Shown here: one piece after another, positions 1-13,783 of the stretch
How positions within the stretch are numbered: the stretch's first letter is position 1
How the letters are laid out: each line of letters starts with the position of its first letter
Assembly: GCF_018350175.1 (NCBI RefSeq)
Contig: NC_058368.1
Span: 76,386,001-76,450,000 of the forward strand
DNA length: 64,000 bases
From: Felis catus
Lineage: Eukaryota
Reading direction: 5' to 3'
Notes under the pieces: generated by a model
Database searches by the model: none
Seen by the model: the letters and a program-made list of their open reading frames with translations, nothing else
What the model was told of the DNA's origin: nothing
Program-made: the position numbers and the translations under genes

Positions 1-1308
1 AACATTGGGGTACATGTGTCCCTATGAATCCGCACTCTGTATCCTTTGGATAAATCCCTAGTAGTGCTATTGCTGGGTCATAGGGTAGTTCTATTTTTCA
101 TTTTTTGAGGAACCTCCACACTGTTTTCCAGAGCGGCTGCACCAGTTTGCATTCCCACCAACAGTGCAAGAGGATTCCCGTTTCTCCACATCCTTTCCAG
201 CATCTGTTGTTTCCTGAGTTGCTAATTTTAGCCACTCTGACTGGTGTGAGGTGGTAACTCAGTGTGGTTTTGATTTATATTTCCCTGAAGATGAGTGATG
301 TTGAGCATATTTTCATGTGTCTGTTGGCCATCTGGATGTCTTCTTTGGAAAAGTGTCTATTCATGTCTTCTGCCCATTTCTTTACTGGATTATTTGTTTT
401 TTGGGTGTTGAGTTTGGTAACTTCTTTATAGATTTTGGATAGTAATCCTTTATCTGATATGATATTTGCAAGTATCTTCTCCCATTCTGTTGGTTGCCTT
501 TTAGTTTTGCTGACCATTTTCTTCACTGTGCAGAAGCTTTTTATCTTGTTGAGGCCCCAATAGTTCATTTTTGCTTTTATTTCCCTTGCCTTTGGAGATG
601 TGTCGAGTAAGACGTTGCTGCAGTTGAGGCCAAAGAGGTTGTTGCCTGCTTTCTCCTCTAGGGTTTTGATGGTTTCCTGTATCACATATAGGTCTTTCAT
701 CTGTTTTGAGTTTATTTTTGCATATGGTAGAAGAAAGTGGTCCAGATTCATTCTTCTGCATGTTGCCATCCAGTTCTCCCAGCACCATTTGCTAACGAGA
801 CTGTCTTTTTTTCCATTGGATACCCTTTCCTGCTTTGTCAAAGATTAGTTGGCCATACTTTTATGGGTCTAGTTCTGGGGTTTCTATTCTATTCCATTGG
901 TCTATGTGTCTGTTTCTGTGCCAATACCATATTGTCTTGATGATGACAGCTTTGTGGTAGAGACTAAAGTCTGGGATTGTGATGCCTACTGCTTTGGTTT
1001 TCTTCTTCAATATCACTTTGGCTATTCGGAGTCTGTTGTAGTTCCATACAAATTTTAGGATTGTTTGTTCTAGCTTTGAGAAGAATGCTGGTGCAATTTT
1101 GATTGGGATTGCACTGAATGTGTAGATTGGTTTGGGTGGTATTGACATTTTAACAATATTTGTTCTTCCAATCCATGAGCATGGAATGTTTTTCCATTTT
1201 ATTGTGTCTTCTTCAATTTCTTTCATATATTTTCAATAGTTTCCAGCATACAGATCTAACATCTTTGGTTAGATCTATTCCTAGGGATTTTATGGTTCTT
1301 GGTGCAAT
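1..1308 (-). mobile_element. LINE-1 (carnivore/felid L1), 5'-truncated, disrupted ORF2 C-terminal region; continues past the left edge of the window
   Basis: Minus-strand ORFs 861..1226 ([28 protein letters not shown]...[16 protein letters not shown]) and 275..841 ([13 protein letters not shown]...[11 protein letters not shown]...[24 protein letters not shown]) are characteristic L1 ORF2p sequences, broken by frameshifts and stops. Confidence 0.96.
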
Positions 1309-2950
1309 ACAATCTGTTATTTAAAACGACCTAGAAAATTTTGGAAGGGTTAGACAATAGACTCTTAAGTCTTGTGAACCAAAAGATTAAAAAAAAAGTC
1401 AATAATAGAAAAAATCTGATGGGAAATAGACTTATTTTTTTTAGAGAATTTCGTTTTCATTTGGGGAGATACGAAAGAGGAAAAAATTTTTAGGACTTCA
1501 TAAGATTCTTAGTTTATGAAAGTAGCATACATAAAGTCAGCGTTATTTTTAAAAAATTAGTATCAATTTACAATTCCTTGTTGACTTTGGGGAGCTGGGA
1601 CTTTCCCTTCTCTTTCCTGAGTCTGGCAGCTAGTTCTAGAATTGTGATTATAAGAGGCAAACACAGGGCAAGATAACCCCCGCATGCAGTCGGAGCACAG
1701 AGAACAAGATCACCTTGGGGAGATTTTGAAGGAGAGAGAGCTCGTTTGGGATGTTTCCCTAGATGCTTTCTTTTCTCAGACTCCAGACACACCCACTGCC
1801 CTACACCAGCCTCTCCTCCAATCCTTTGTCTCCCTCCCTCCACCCTTGAAGTCCCAGGACTTTCTTCTTCCTGTTAACCTGAAGATCGGCTACAGCCAAC
1901 ACATTTGTGACGAGGGCTCAAGAACAGACCTGTGCCAGCAGTATGGACACTTACAGAGGAGGGAAGGTTTTGGAACTGTACTCAGAACACCACATTGGAC
2001 AATCAGTGGGGTTTCCCAGAACACCTTTCCACGATTCCAGTGGCACCGCTATGCCACACGCCCTGCACCACCACATTCAGCTTCCCACTGGGGAAGTGGG
2101 GCGCTAAGTGGGAATAAGGGAAGACAGAGCTGTACAAGAGGCCTGGCTCCAAAAATCAAACCCCACAAATGTGCAATCTTGGCCCTGCTGCACATGAGCT
2201 GTGTGGATTTCAGGTGCCATTTCTGTAGAAACCACCAACTGCCTCCTGCCTCCGAACAAAGACACGAACAAGTGTGGCCAAGGACAGGGACTCAGCCCGC
2301 ACGTCACCTCACCAACAGGTGAGACCTTTCCTGGACCGGCTGCTCAGCTGAAGGCTGAGCTGAGGTCTGCTACAGAGAGCCTGGAGAGACGAGGCCCAGG
2401 GTTAGCCCGCGGTATACATGCGTGTCTGATACACACTACTTGACAGCAAGTGGTAGACCTCCTCTTGTCTGAGGAAATTATTCTTCCTCTTGGCCAACCC
2501 ACAACGAGGACAAGCAGCCTGCAGGTCTTGTAAATGAGAATGTACATAACATAGGAAGTGTGGGACCTATTCCCTGAGCCGACTGACATATGTGAAAAAG
2601 GGAAGTCTGGGATTTGCACAGAAATGCGCATTTGGGGTCCCTAAACGGACATATGTAATGACTGGCACATGGAATATGCCCAGTGGCCTGGTTTCAAGAG
2701 CAGGGACAGTTGCCTATTAGTCCTTGATGTCACCTTATGTCGGAATTCGCTGATTTCTTATTTCTCAGAAGGAACTTGCCGCACAGGATAAGTATCTGGA
2801 CAGGGAGCAGTCTAAAAACCAATGAAAATTGCCACACAAGGAATGGTCATTAGGCCAGGATTTTTTTTTTTAAGACCGTGCCTGTATATCAAATTGGATG
2901 CTAAAAATCATCTACTCTGTCCAAACATAGTTGTTATAGGATCTTGATCC

Positions 2951-3012
<62 letters not shown>
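2951..3012. repeat. Compound microsatellite (CT)10(CA)21
   Basis: Directly visible. Confidence 0.97.
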
Positions 3013-3014
<2 letters not shown>

Positions 3015-4880
3015 GATGGAGGGAATCTCCGCATAGCCACAGTAAACTTCAAGTTCAATACCAGATGCCTTTCAAAGATAAGCAGATTCGTTTTGAGTCT
3101 CCAGGTGAAACACAGCAATAAAAATAGTTCCAACATGGAAATTCAAGGCAAGGAGACAGGAGTTCCAGGTGCCAAAGATGGAAGTTTCAAGAAAAGAGCC
3201 AGCCGTCAGTCGTCGTTCCCTGATGTCAAGCCTTGGCTCTGTCTACGTGCATCCTACACGCGTTTGTTTATATCAAGCATTGGGATGTTATCCTCTCCTC
3301 AGAAGCGAACCAGACTTGCAATCCATCTTTGACTTGTGCCAGTTCCCCAACTGGTAGAATTTGGGTTCACCTCTGTTTCTACAAGCTGATAAGGTGAATG
3401 GACGGCTGTGGAAATTGATGTTTGTGTTTAGCTATCCCTAAAGCCTCAAGTACTTCCAACACCTGTGGCAGAACTATAAAGAAACAAGTCTTCCAATACT
3501 GATCAACTATTAAGTTCAATGAATACATCAATTTTGCCAATAATAGATCTTGGCAGAGAAAAATAATGTTTTCTAAGCACACGTTTGGTGTCTTATTGGT
3601 AACTGGCTTTCTGAAATCTTGTTACAGTTTGTCACCAGGTCTCAGGGAGATTTTGAAATAGGTGACTCCCTTCTCTTACAGAGAAGTTTTGTCATGGAGA
3701 ATTCCTTGGCTTTGATGTAACAGGACTTCAGAGCCAAAATAAATACGTTCCTGATAATGGTGTAGAGCACCGTTCCCACCTGAATGGAAAGTTCAGAATA
3801 TTGGGGCCCAAAGTCCCCAACTTTCCTACATGGACTTTGAAGACAAGATCATTAAACCCCAAAACAAGCCTCAACAAAGACCATGTATTTTTTTTGGAAC
3901 CCACCCCCCGCCCCCCGCAACCTGGCTGTATTTTGACCTCGCTCTACTCCACACTGACCATGTAGGTGTGTCGCATGCCCTCTTACTCTGTCACCTCAAC
4001 AGTCACACGCCCTCCTTATTCAAGATACTGGAATGGCCAGAATATACCTGCTGCGTGCGTCTAACCTCAAGAACAGAAGAATGGCAGAGGTTCGGGGTAG
4101 CCATTTTTTTAAGTTCTATGCCTTTCACCATGAAGTTGACCGCCTACGGAGAAACAGCAAGTTTACAGCGTAATCCAGTGGCAATGTCAGGGGGTCGGGC
4201 AGCATATCTTCACCAGCCAAAAACATTTGGAACCCTCGTGTGTCCATTGATGATGGTGTCGCCTGGCCAACCACCAGGAACCCAGCTATCACACCTCAGC
4301 CAGGCCACACTCTGAAAAGCTCATCTGTTGTCTTTTTAATGACATCTCTTCGTTTGTGCGTTATCACCCATTCTCAGGAGGTCCCTCCCCAATCACGTTG
4401 ATGGAAATTACTGATGTGAGTTTTCTTGTGACGTCTGTGAGTTGTGGCTTCCTTCACATCCCTCTTGGTGTGACTCTTACTATAACCTATAATGGAGTTA
4501 TTGCTGAGAACACAGCAATATCATGCCATATTTCAACTATCCCTGCTTGGCAAGCGTGTTTAAGTGATTGGCACTTCCTTGTGAAACCAAATGAAAAACT
4601 GGTTTTACTTGGCTACTCTACAGGTAAAACCTCCTCCTGAGTTATCTGGCTGATTTCTTCTGAAAGGGAGATATAGATAAAGAGCTGTTGTATTCTTGTA
4701 ACCTACAAACCTCAAAACCTCTCACTTGTATTCCTACACGATGATATCAAAATGGCATCCTATGGTTTGACTGATTGGCTTTTAATAACCCAGTTTCTTC
4801 AGCCCCTCCCTTGAGTCTACACGTACTGATTTTATTAATAAAATCATTATCGTAAAATGTAAATAGAAGAAAAATAAGTC

Positions 4881-5047
4881 AACCCTAGAGACTCCAGAGG
4901 GAACCAATCCCGCTGATAACTTGACCCTAGCCCATTGAAACTGATTTTGGACTTCTGGCCTCCAAGAACCACGAGAGAATGAATTTGTGTTGTTTTCAAT
5001 GACTCCGATCATGGTAAATTGTTACATCAACAATAGGATTGCAACAC
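4881..5047 (+). mobile_element. MLT1 (ERVL-MaLR) LTR, 3' fragment
   Basis: ctagagactccagagggaacc...gattttggacttctggcctcca...aatttgtgttgtttt...aattgttaca...aatagga is the typical MLT1 3' half. Confidence 0.75.
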
Positions 5048-5089
5048 ACGCCCCTCTGTCCAGTAAGTAATTCAAAAGACTTTGTTAAT

Positions 5090-6290
5090 TTTGCCATTTG
5101 TCAACACTTGAGATTTTCTTCTTTCGTGAGGTACTCATTTATGTTTTTATGCATTTTTCTATTGTTACCCTTCTCTCACTGATGTGTAGGTGTGGCTTAT
5201 AAATTTGATACACTTAATCTTTCCTGGGTATATAAATATGTCTGTAGTTTTAGAAGTGGAGATAGATATCTATATCTATATATGTCTATATAGATATACA
5301 GATAGATACATAGATATCTCACTACATATTAATCTTTTCTTATATGGTTTACTTCAATAAACAGAAAATCTTACCTCTGATGTTTATATTTATTTTTGAG
5401 ACAGAGCATGAGCAGGGGAGGGGCAGAGAGAGGGAGGGAGACACAGAATTGAAGCAGGCTCCAGGCTCTGAGCTGTCAGCACAGAGCCTGATGTGGGGCT
5501 CGAACCCACAAACCGTGAGATCATGACCTGTGCCGAAGTCAGGCACTCAACCAACTGAGCCACCCAGACACCCCAGAAAATCTTAACTTTGATGTTGTGA
5601 CTCATTATCAACCTGTTCCTTAATGATTCAGGATATTAATAAAATTAATCTCCTGCCTTGAAACCATAAAGATACAATTCTACATTATATTCTGAGAGTT
5701 TTACAGTTTTATTACACTTATGTGTTTCACACAGCTGGCATGGATTTTGGCTAGGTGGTGAGCTGTGTGAGTTTTATTTTTCTTCATACAAATACCCAAT
5801 TTTCTCACCATTTGCTAAAAATCTAGCTGTCTTTTACTACTGCAATGCCACATCTGTGTGTGTACATGTTTTTTTCCACCAACCTATTTATATCCCTATA
5901 TCTATCCTACATTGTCTTTATTGCTGTAGTCCTCTTTAATTCAGGATATCGGATTCATCCTCCCACTCGGTTCTCCTATATTGTGACTATCTTAGCTATC
6001 CTTAGTCTTTTGCTGTTTTATACAAATTATAGATTTAGCTTATTAAGTTCTACCAAAAACCCTGTTTCGGTGTTCATTGGACTCCATCGAATGTATAATT
6101 CAGTTGGGAAAATGTAGCCTATCCCACATATATATATGGACTATCTTCCCATGTGTTTAATGCCTGTCTATGGGGCTTTATAATTCCTTTTATAAATAAC
6201 TTTCAACTTTCAGTCCTGTCATTGTGTGTATTCTTATAGGATATGTATATTTGATGCTGTAGTAATTGGTGTCTTCATTTAAAAAGTTTA
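5090..6290 (-). mobile_element. Old L1M fragment, interrupted by a SINE
   Basis: T-rich, degenerate antisense L1 ORF2-like motifs (cccaattttctcaccatttgctaaaa; tttatacaaattatagatttagctt). Confidence 0.55.
5380..5574 (-). mobile_element. CanSINE (felid SINEC)
   Basis: Reverse complement of ggggtgtctgggtggctcagttggttgag...; TSD cagaaaatctta on both sides. Confidence 0.95.
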
Positions 6291-6335
6291 GTAATATTCA
6301 GGTTCTTACATTTATTTTAATAACATCCTATACTT

Positions 6336-6548
6336 GGGGTGCCTGCGTTGCTCAGTTGGTTGGGCGTCTGACTTCGGCTCAGGTCACGATCTCATGGCTA
6401 GTGAGTTCAAGTCCCACGTCCAGCTCTGTGCTGACATCTCAGAGCCTGCTTCAGATTTCGTCTCTCTCTCTCTGCCCGCCCCCCACAACTCATGGTGTGT
6501 GTGTGTATGTGTGTGTCTCTCTCTCAAATATAAATAAACATTAAAAAA
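6336..6548 (+). mobile_element. CanSINE
   Basis: tRNA-like head, CT linker, A tail; TSD atcctatactt. Confidence 0.95.
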
Positions 6549-7089
6549 TTGTAAATCCTATACTTAATTTTAAGCTTAATTTTCAACAGTAAATTCCTAT
6601 CCTAATGCTCTAAGTAGGTTCCAGAACTGTAATCACACCAAATGCCAATACTAGAAGGCTAATCAAATGACTGCTAGAGCCAGAGGAGCCGGCAACTCTG
6701 GAGGGGAAGGACCAAAGAATCAAAGCCAACTGCTTGTTGCATTTGATCTAAATCTGCATTAGCACCGAAGCTCTCTATATCATTAAAACACTATACACAT
6801 TTTTGCAGAGCAAGTAACACCAGTCTACATGAACTCAAAATAAACTGGTGATTTTGGAATTCAAATTTTCACACGTAAAGAAATGCACGTTTCAAAAACA
6901 AGAGTCTACTGTTCACCTGACAGTGATAAATGGTGGCAGGAATACAGAAAAACCAACCCTCTTCCACACCGCTGCCAGTTTCGTAAATTGGTGTAAACGT
7001 TTCAGAGAACAAGTTAGCAATTTCTATACAATGGAATATGCTTGTACCTGCTGTCCCAGAAATTCTATCATTAAAAAGTCATACCATGA

Positions 7090-7295
7090 GGGGCGCCTGG
7101 GAGGTTCAGTCGGCTAAGTGTCCAACTTCTGCTCAGGTCATGATCTCACGGTTCGTGGGTTTGAGCCCCACGTCGGGCTCTGTGCTGATGGCTCAGAGCC
7201 TGGAGCCTGCTTCAGATTCTGTGTCTCCTTCTCTTTCCTGCCCTCCCCCACTCACACTCTGTCTCTCTCTCAAAAATAAATAAGCATAAAAAAAT
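7090..7295 (+). mobile_element. CanSINE
   Basis: ggggcgcctgggaggttcagtcgg head; degenerate TSD aaagtcataccatga / aaagttataccgtga. Confidence 0.95.
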
Positions 7296-8289
7296 ATTTA
7301 GAAAGTTATACCGTGAACATATCTTCACATGTGCACAATGAGTGTGAAGGGGGTGCTTGGTGTAGCTGAAGTGTTTATTGCACACACACCATTGTGCAGC
7401 GGTATGAGGTGTGCTTACGTAGTTGAGAGCAAGGCAGAAATTAAAACAAGGAGTCTGGAAAAAATGCTCCCATGAGTACTTTTCTTAAAAGATCATGTAG
7501 GTAACAGAGGAGAGAGAGTGCGTTATGGTTCTCCAGAGGAGAAGAACCGGTAGAATGGATAGATAGAAACGCCTGGAAGTTCACAGAAATTTTCCATAAA
7601 GAGACACTAAAAACCGATAAAAGTTGCTTCCAGTGAGACAAAGTCAGGAAGATGGTTGACTTGATTTTATTGTTGCTTCTTCTGTGATATTTTCCTTTTT
7701 AAACCCCGTACATGGGTTAGTTTTTCGATAATTAGTTAAAATGTTAAATCCCGTTAAGCAAGTGATGAACGTGGAAATACATGGAACCGCTCTCACTAGT
7801 CCCATTTTCCTCCACTCGTGTCCCCACCACCACCTTCCAGGCCCTCCCCTTCCCCATACCCGCTGTTTCTCAGCTAAACTGAGATTTTCACGGGAGGGAT
7901 CATTTCGGATTGTAACTTGTTTGCTTCTGTGTCTTCTAGTGCAATGCCGGCCAGAGGATCTTGTGCTATTCTTTCACGTGTCTGCCCCAGCATCTGGCAG
8001 AAGGCTCTAGTTGACTCTGGTTGAGCATCAGAATTATGCATGTACCCGACTAACAGTATAAAATTCCGGAGAGTCTATGGCCCAGAAATCCGGACTTTTG
8101 CAAAAATATCCACCCAGACTGAGTAGACTCTGTCCATATTAAGGCCTCTCGGTTTAGTTCACACCTCAACTTTCTCTCAACCGTCAGTGTTCCACATCCC
8201 CAGGGCTATTTTCATCACCTGTCTTCTCCAATACTGGAGTAGATACTCACCAGCTGCCTCCTTTTTCCTTCTTTGGAACTATCACGTAT

Positions 8290-8730
8290 TGGGGATCTGC
8301 TATTTGGCAAGTGATCTGCTAACCACCTTGTGTAAGCGAGCTCTAATCTTCACAGCCTTACCAGGTGAGTATTACTGCTTTAAAAAAAATTTTTTTAATG
8401 TTTATTTATTTCTGAGACAGAGAAAGACAGAGCATGAGTGAGGGAGGGGCAGAGAGAGAGGGAGACACAGAATCTGAAGCAGGCTCCAGGCTCTGAGCCA
8501 TCAGCACAGAGCCCGATGCGGGGCTCGAACTCACAAACCGTGAGATCACGACCTGAACCGAAGTTGGTCGCTCAACCGACTGAGCCACCCAGGCGCCCCG
8601 TAACTGCTGTTTTTAGATGGAGAAGCTGAAACAGAGAGGTTCAGTCACGTGTCCAAATTGGCACCCACCACCAGTAGGCGGCCACAGAAGACCCAGTTCT
8701 GCTGAACTCCAGGATCCTGTGTTTTTTCTG
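8290..8730 (-). mobile_element. MIR, split by the SINE at 8382-8599
   Basis: ttttagatggagaagctgaaacagagaggttcagtcac is the antisense MIR core. Confidence 0.6.
8382..8599 (-). mobile_element. CanSINE
   Basis: Ends ...ctgagccacccaggcgcccc, with a poly-T tail on the left. Confidence 0.96.
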
Positions 8731-9009
8731 CTCGGCCCTGTTGCCTGTCCTGAGACTGTACCACCACCGTAGGCTGCCAGGGGCACATTCCTGTGATGCA
8801 CCTGTCTCTGTCTGCTGCGTGGGTCTCTTCTTTGCCTCCTACCTCTAGAAGCAGAGTTGACAGTCGAGGGTAGAACTCCCTCTAAAGCCAAAGTCTTCTG
8901 TCTCCTGGGTCTACATGCAAAATCATTTATATTCTGTTTTGAAACACTTCCGAAATCTGTATGTACGTCCTTGATGTGATTTCTGTTTTTCTACTAGAAC
9001 CATCTAGGT

Positions 9010-9217
9010 CAGCCTTTCTCAGCCTCAGCTCCAATGACGTTTTGGACTAGATCATTTTTTGTGGGGGGTGGGGAGGTGCCGGTGCCTTGCAAGGATGCTT
9101 ACCCACTAGATTCCAGGAGCCCGGCCTGCTCCCGGTTGTCACAATCAAAGTGTTCCCAGGCGTTCCAAAATATCCCCGGGGGGAGGTGTGTAAAATGGCC
9201 CCACTTGGGAACCACTA
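9010..9217. mobile_element. MER20 (hAT-Charlie non-autonomous DNA transposon)
   Basis: tttctcagcctcagc...tacccactagat...gttgtcacaatcaaa...ttgggaaccact follows the MER20 layout. Confidence 0.75.
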
Positions 9218-9565
9218 GATTTTAACTGGATGTCCTCCCGGCCCCTAAACTTCTCTTTGACAAAAATGAAATTCCTAGTCTTCCCCCAAACATCTCCATT
9301 TTACTTCCTGATTTCTATTAGTGGGTCTAGTTTGCCTCCGCTATTCACACTCTAAACCTCTACACCATCGGTGTCGATTCCAGCTTCTACCTGCAACCCA
9401 TCGCTAAAATACACAGCGCTGAATTCAAATCCTAAGTCTCTCATTTCCAGCTTCTCTCCCTGGTGCTGGCTTCCATACCCTCACCCTAATTCCCTGCCTT
9501 CAATTTCTCCTAGCCAATGACGCTGGATAAAGCCTTCCCAAAGGTAGCTCAGGTTATGGCTTTTT

Positions 9566-9609
<44 letters not shown>
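9566..9609. repeat. (ATG)n microsatellite, about 14 units
   Basis: Directly visible. Confidence 0.95.
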
Positions 9610-9610
<1 letters not shown>

Positions 9611-9721
9611 AGAATCATCATCACCTCCCTATCATAAGCTCACTGCAGTATCAATTGCTCACTCTTGCATTTCAGGGCCCCTCCATATGGCACCAGCTCC
9701 CTTTCCAGCCTCATCTCTTTG

Positions 9722-9921
9722 TTTTTTAAGTTTGTTTATTTCGAGAGAGTGAGGGAGTGAGTAGGGGAGAAGCAGAAAGAGAGGGAGAGAGGGTCTCCCA
9801 AGCAGGCGCTGCGCCGTCAGTACACAGCCCAATGAGGGGCTCGAACTCACAAACCGTGAGATCGTGACCCGAGCAGAATCCAAAAATCAGACGCTCAACT
9901 GACTGAGCCACCGAGGCACCC
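9722..9921 (-). mobile_element. CanSINE (older carnivore-type head)
   Basis: Antisense SINE with tttaagtttgtttatt tail and ...ctgagccaccgaggcaccc head. Confidence 0.93.
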
Positions 9922-11837
9922 GGCGCCTCGTTTCACACACCTCCTCCTCAAGTGCCAACGTGGATGCTTATTGTTCATCAAAAATAGTCTGTGCATATGG
10001 CCTGATGCCTTTCACTTAGGCTGTCACCTCCGTTGGGGAGTTCCTCTTCCATAATTTTCCCCTAAAAAAAAGGCTGTTTTCTCAAGGCCAATCTGCAATC
10101 CCGCACTGCACACAAATCATTTCATGGTTGACCCCTCGGAACGTATTTGCTTTCTCCTGAGTCCTTTTAACCGCTCACACGACCTCTCTCGTGTCACCTG
10201 CCCCCTGATGTATTTGTGGTGGCAACAGCTTGCCTGCCAGATTGCAGCCTTCCTGATGGCAGAGACGGGGTCCCAGTCTTCCTACACCCTAAGTCACCCA
10301 GCACAGCCAGGTGCGCTTTAGATGTTCTTAATTATTCTCCCAAACGAGTAACGAACGAGAACTTACCTACTCTCTTAGTTCAGTTCCTTGCCATTCCTCA
10401 TGTACGGATTCAGTCTCTCCCCTGGTTTGCTGATTCACTCCTCTCCACCCCATTCTCTGCCTGCTACGCCAGTAACCTCTCCAAACACAAGTCCGATCAG
10501 GGCAGACACAAACTCCTTTGTGTGGCATACAAAACCCTCTGTGTTCCGGCTACCCTGCTTTGTCTCTGCAGTCCTATTTCCAATCACTTCTTGGGACATG
10601 GTGGGGAGTTTCCAGTCCCAGCTGTCATGCGAGGCTTGCTTCCCCCATATGTTCTACACCTTTGCTCACACCTGCTGCTGTTGCCAAGAATGACTTTGGC
10701 CAACCATATCCACCTGCAACATTTGCTCGTGCATCGCCCTGTGCCGGGAAAGCCCTTGAACTCCCAGTGAACCTCTCCTGTCTGTGGACATCCACTAATA
10801 CTTGATTTAGCTCCTCTAATATTTTATTTTTTTTAGACATGCCTAAACCGAACTACCACATGATCGCACAGAGACAAAATGCACAGTGTTTTATAGGATT
10901 TTCCATTCCTGATGCCTAGCACAGTGCCTCACGATGAAGTCAACTAAGACCATCTTGCTGAGAGACTGAATCGATGAACCTAGACCAGAAAAATCAGTCG
11001 ATTTTCGTTACCGATAAGAATAAGAAGTCCATGTATGAAGCGTCACCTGCCTAGTAAAGCTGTTTTGCAAGACCTGAATATCTGACGACATCATCGAGAG
11101 AAGGGACAATCTGAATGAGGCAATTTGCCAGTTTGTTGCCGTTTGTCAGATTTATATTTTTAAAATCCTAAACTGGCATTATATATTTCTCTGGCTCGGT
11201 CAGCAAGATACCCAGGAAGTAGTTTCACTGTTTTTTTCTGTATCGCAGTTGTCGTGAAAATAAATTTCTCCGTGTGTTTACCTAGTTCACCCCCGCAGAT
11301 ACCACAAGAGAATAACCATCTCCTGAGAAGCACCAGAACATTTGCCTTTTTCCCTCTGCTTCCTGCTTTGCCAGCAGCTTCTACTTCTCATCCTGTTAGG
11401 AGATCTACTCGAGGCACCAGTTGGCTCCTTCAACCACGTCTTGACCCCTTATCTGCATCTATCTTCTGACTCCGGCGGGTTGTTAGGACACACCAGAAAA
11501 GCAAATGTGTAAATCACATACCTATTCAGACACTTATCAGTTGATACTCTCCTGAGATTACTATATATCTGTCTCTGGAGAATAAAAAAACAAAAACAAA
11601 AAACAAAAAACAAAAAACATGTGAGTTTCATAGAAGCTGATCCCTGAGTGTCACAATGGGTTGGTACCCGTGTTTCTGTGTTTGACCTCTGGTCCCGGTT
11701 CTTAAAGTTGCCAACAGACTGACCACCAGGGGTTCATCTGCCCCTGGAAAGAGGGAGTCGGACACAGTTAACAGAGGCTGTTTTCTGTTTGCATTTTGTG
11801 TCCTAATCCTAAGAAGCTAAAAAGGGCTGTTGCAATT

Positions 11838-11868
<31 letters not shown>

Positions 11869-12040
11869 GAAAAAAAAAAAAACTTTTAAAATAGCACCGA
11901 AAAGAAGTGAACAGATTGGAGAAGATCAAGAATCTATAAAGAGCTATAGAAGCGTTGCATATAATAGAATATAAAAGCCTATACTCATGATTGAGGAAGA
12001 GAGAAAAATTTATCCTAATCATCTTTAAGAGGACAGAAGA

Positions 12041-12255
12041 GGGGCGCCTGGGTGGCTCAGTCGGTTGAGTGACCGACTTCGGCTCAGGTCATGATCTTGC
12101 GTTTTGTGAGTTCAAGCCTCGCATCGGGTTCTGTGCTGACAGTTCAGAGCCTGGAGCCTGCTTTGAATTCTGTGTCTTCTTCTCTCTCTGCCCCTCCCCC
12201 GCTTGTGATCTGTTTCTGTCTCTTCAAAATAAATCAACATTAAGAAAAATTTAAA
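12041..12255 (+). mobile_element. CanSINE
   Basis: Canonical head; perfect TSD aagaggacagaaga (12027-12040 / 12256-12269). Confidence 0.97.
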
Positions 12256-12566
12256 AAGAGGACAGAAGAAAATAACTGAAATTAAGGCACAAAATGTGGC
12301 TTAACAACATAATTTGCTCGCTAAGAAACAGAAATATAAGTTCAGAGGAAGGAATCTGTCCAAAAGAAGAATATGGCCAAGTCAAGAATGGGAAGAGTCA
12401 TGGCAGCCCCCAGTGTCCAGATGGTAATAACCAACATCCCCTGGGTGTGTTCTCTGTGGCAGGCCCCGAGCAAAGTGTTTTGTATGCATTGTATCTTTTA
12501 ACCTTCACGGAAACTTTCGAGATAGTGGCAAATATTTTTGCTTAATTAAAGATGAGAAACTTAAGT

Positions 12567-13059
12567 GCTTCTTTTATCTATTGCTACAAGAACGCCACCT
12601 ATAAACATCCACGAAATCTCCGTGGCATAGAACGATAATTATGTGCTCAGGAGTATTCATTGCGATGCCGATCTGGCCTGGGCCTCTGCACACCTCGGCT
12701 GCACCTGCTCGGGTGTATATGGCCAAATGCAGGTAAGCTAGTCACCCGTGTTTGGTAGTGGGCTAGCTGACAGCTATTGCAAGAGAGCCTCAGATAGACC
12801 TGGAGCAACTGACATGGGATCCACACATTCCATTCTTCAGCAGGCGACCCCAAGCGTGTCTTCCCTATGGCAATGGCAGAGAGCAGGAGTGCGAATAGGA
12901 AAGTGCAGGTGATGTTCAAGTTTCTGCTGGCTTCCCATCAGTCTAAGACAGTCACCTGGCCAGGCCCAGAGTTGGAGTGGGCGGACAAGGCGACCTTTCC
13001 AAGAGTGCTGCTAAGGGGTGGGCTTAAGAATGGGTCCTCAACGCAATCAATCCACCACA
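12567..13059 (-). mobile_element. Old MLT1 LTR
   Basis: Starts tg..ttatctattgct...aaatctccgtggcata and ends ...caatccaccaca, typical of an antisense old MLT1. Confidence 0.65.
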
Positions 13060-13783
13060 CTGTAGATTTAGATCAACTGGGGTCACATGCCAAAGGTCGC
13101 CAACTGCCGGAAGCCTGGATTCCGACGAGATCTATCTGACTCTATCACCTGCCTTTCAATGGCTAGAGAAGACAGAGAATCCGTAATGTGTCAGGCTGTG
13201 AACCTGTACGTCAGTTAGCAAACAACATATCCAAGAAGGTATGCAGATACCGCAATTTGAGGCAGATGAAGTAGAAAATTGCAGTTAAAAAAAAGTTAAA
13301 AGCAAATGAGATCAAAACCAGGCGAAGATTGCAGGGATAAAGCCACCGTGAGCCCAGACATTCTGACGCACCCGACTCTAAGTCTGCAAAAAGAACAGAA
13401 GTCATTCGGCCCTCAGGGAAGAGTATTCTATGGAAGGAATAAATGGAGAAATAAGGGTACATGGTGAAAATATAGGTTTAGAGCATTTATATCTCAAGTG
13501 TGATTAATGTCGTATGCCTGGATATTTTTAAAAGGTTTTTTCTAGCTTTGAGGTATAATTGATAAAATTTTAAGATATTTCAAGTATACAGTGTGATGAC
13601 TCACTATCCACGATAGAAGGGTTTCACTCCCCTATGGAGTTAACATTGGATTTTAGTTTTGACTAAAGTCTTAGAAGTCTGCATCATGTAAATAGACTTC
13701 CTGATACAAAATACTATACAGTGGACCTTTCTGAAATTTGCTAACAAAACGTGCCTTCCAAATTCCCTTTAGAAATTTGGGGA

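Noticed and set aside
1684..2322. 212-aa plus-strand ORF
   Set aside because: No recognisable protein similarity or exon structure; a chance ORF is plausible in 64 kb across six frames.
12041..12125. tRNA-like A/B boxes here and in all SINE heads
   Set aside because: These are tRNA-derived SINE heads, not tRNA genes.
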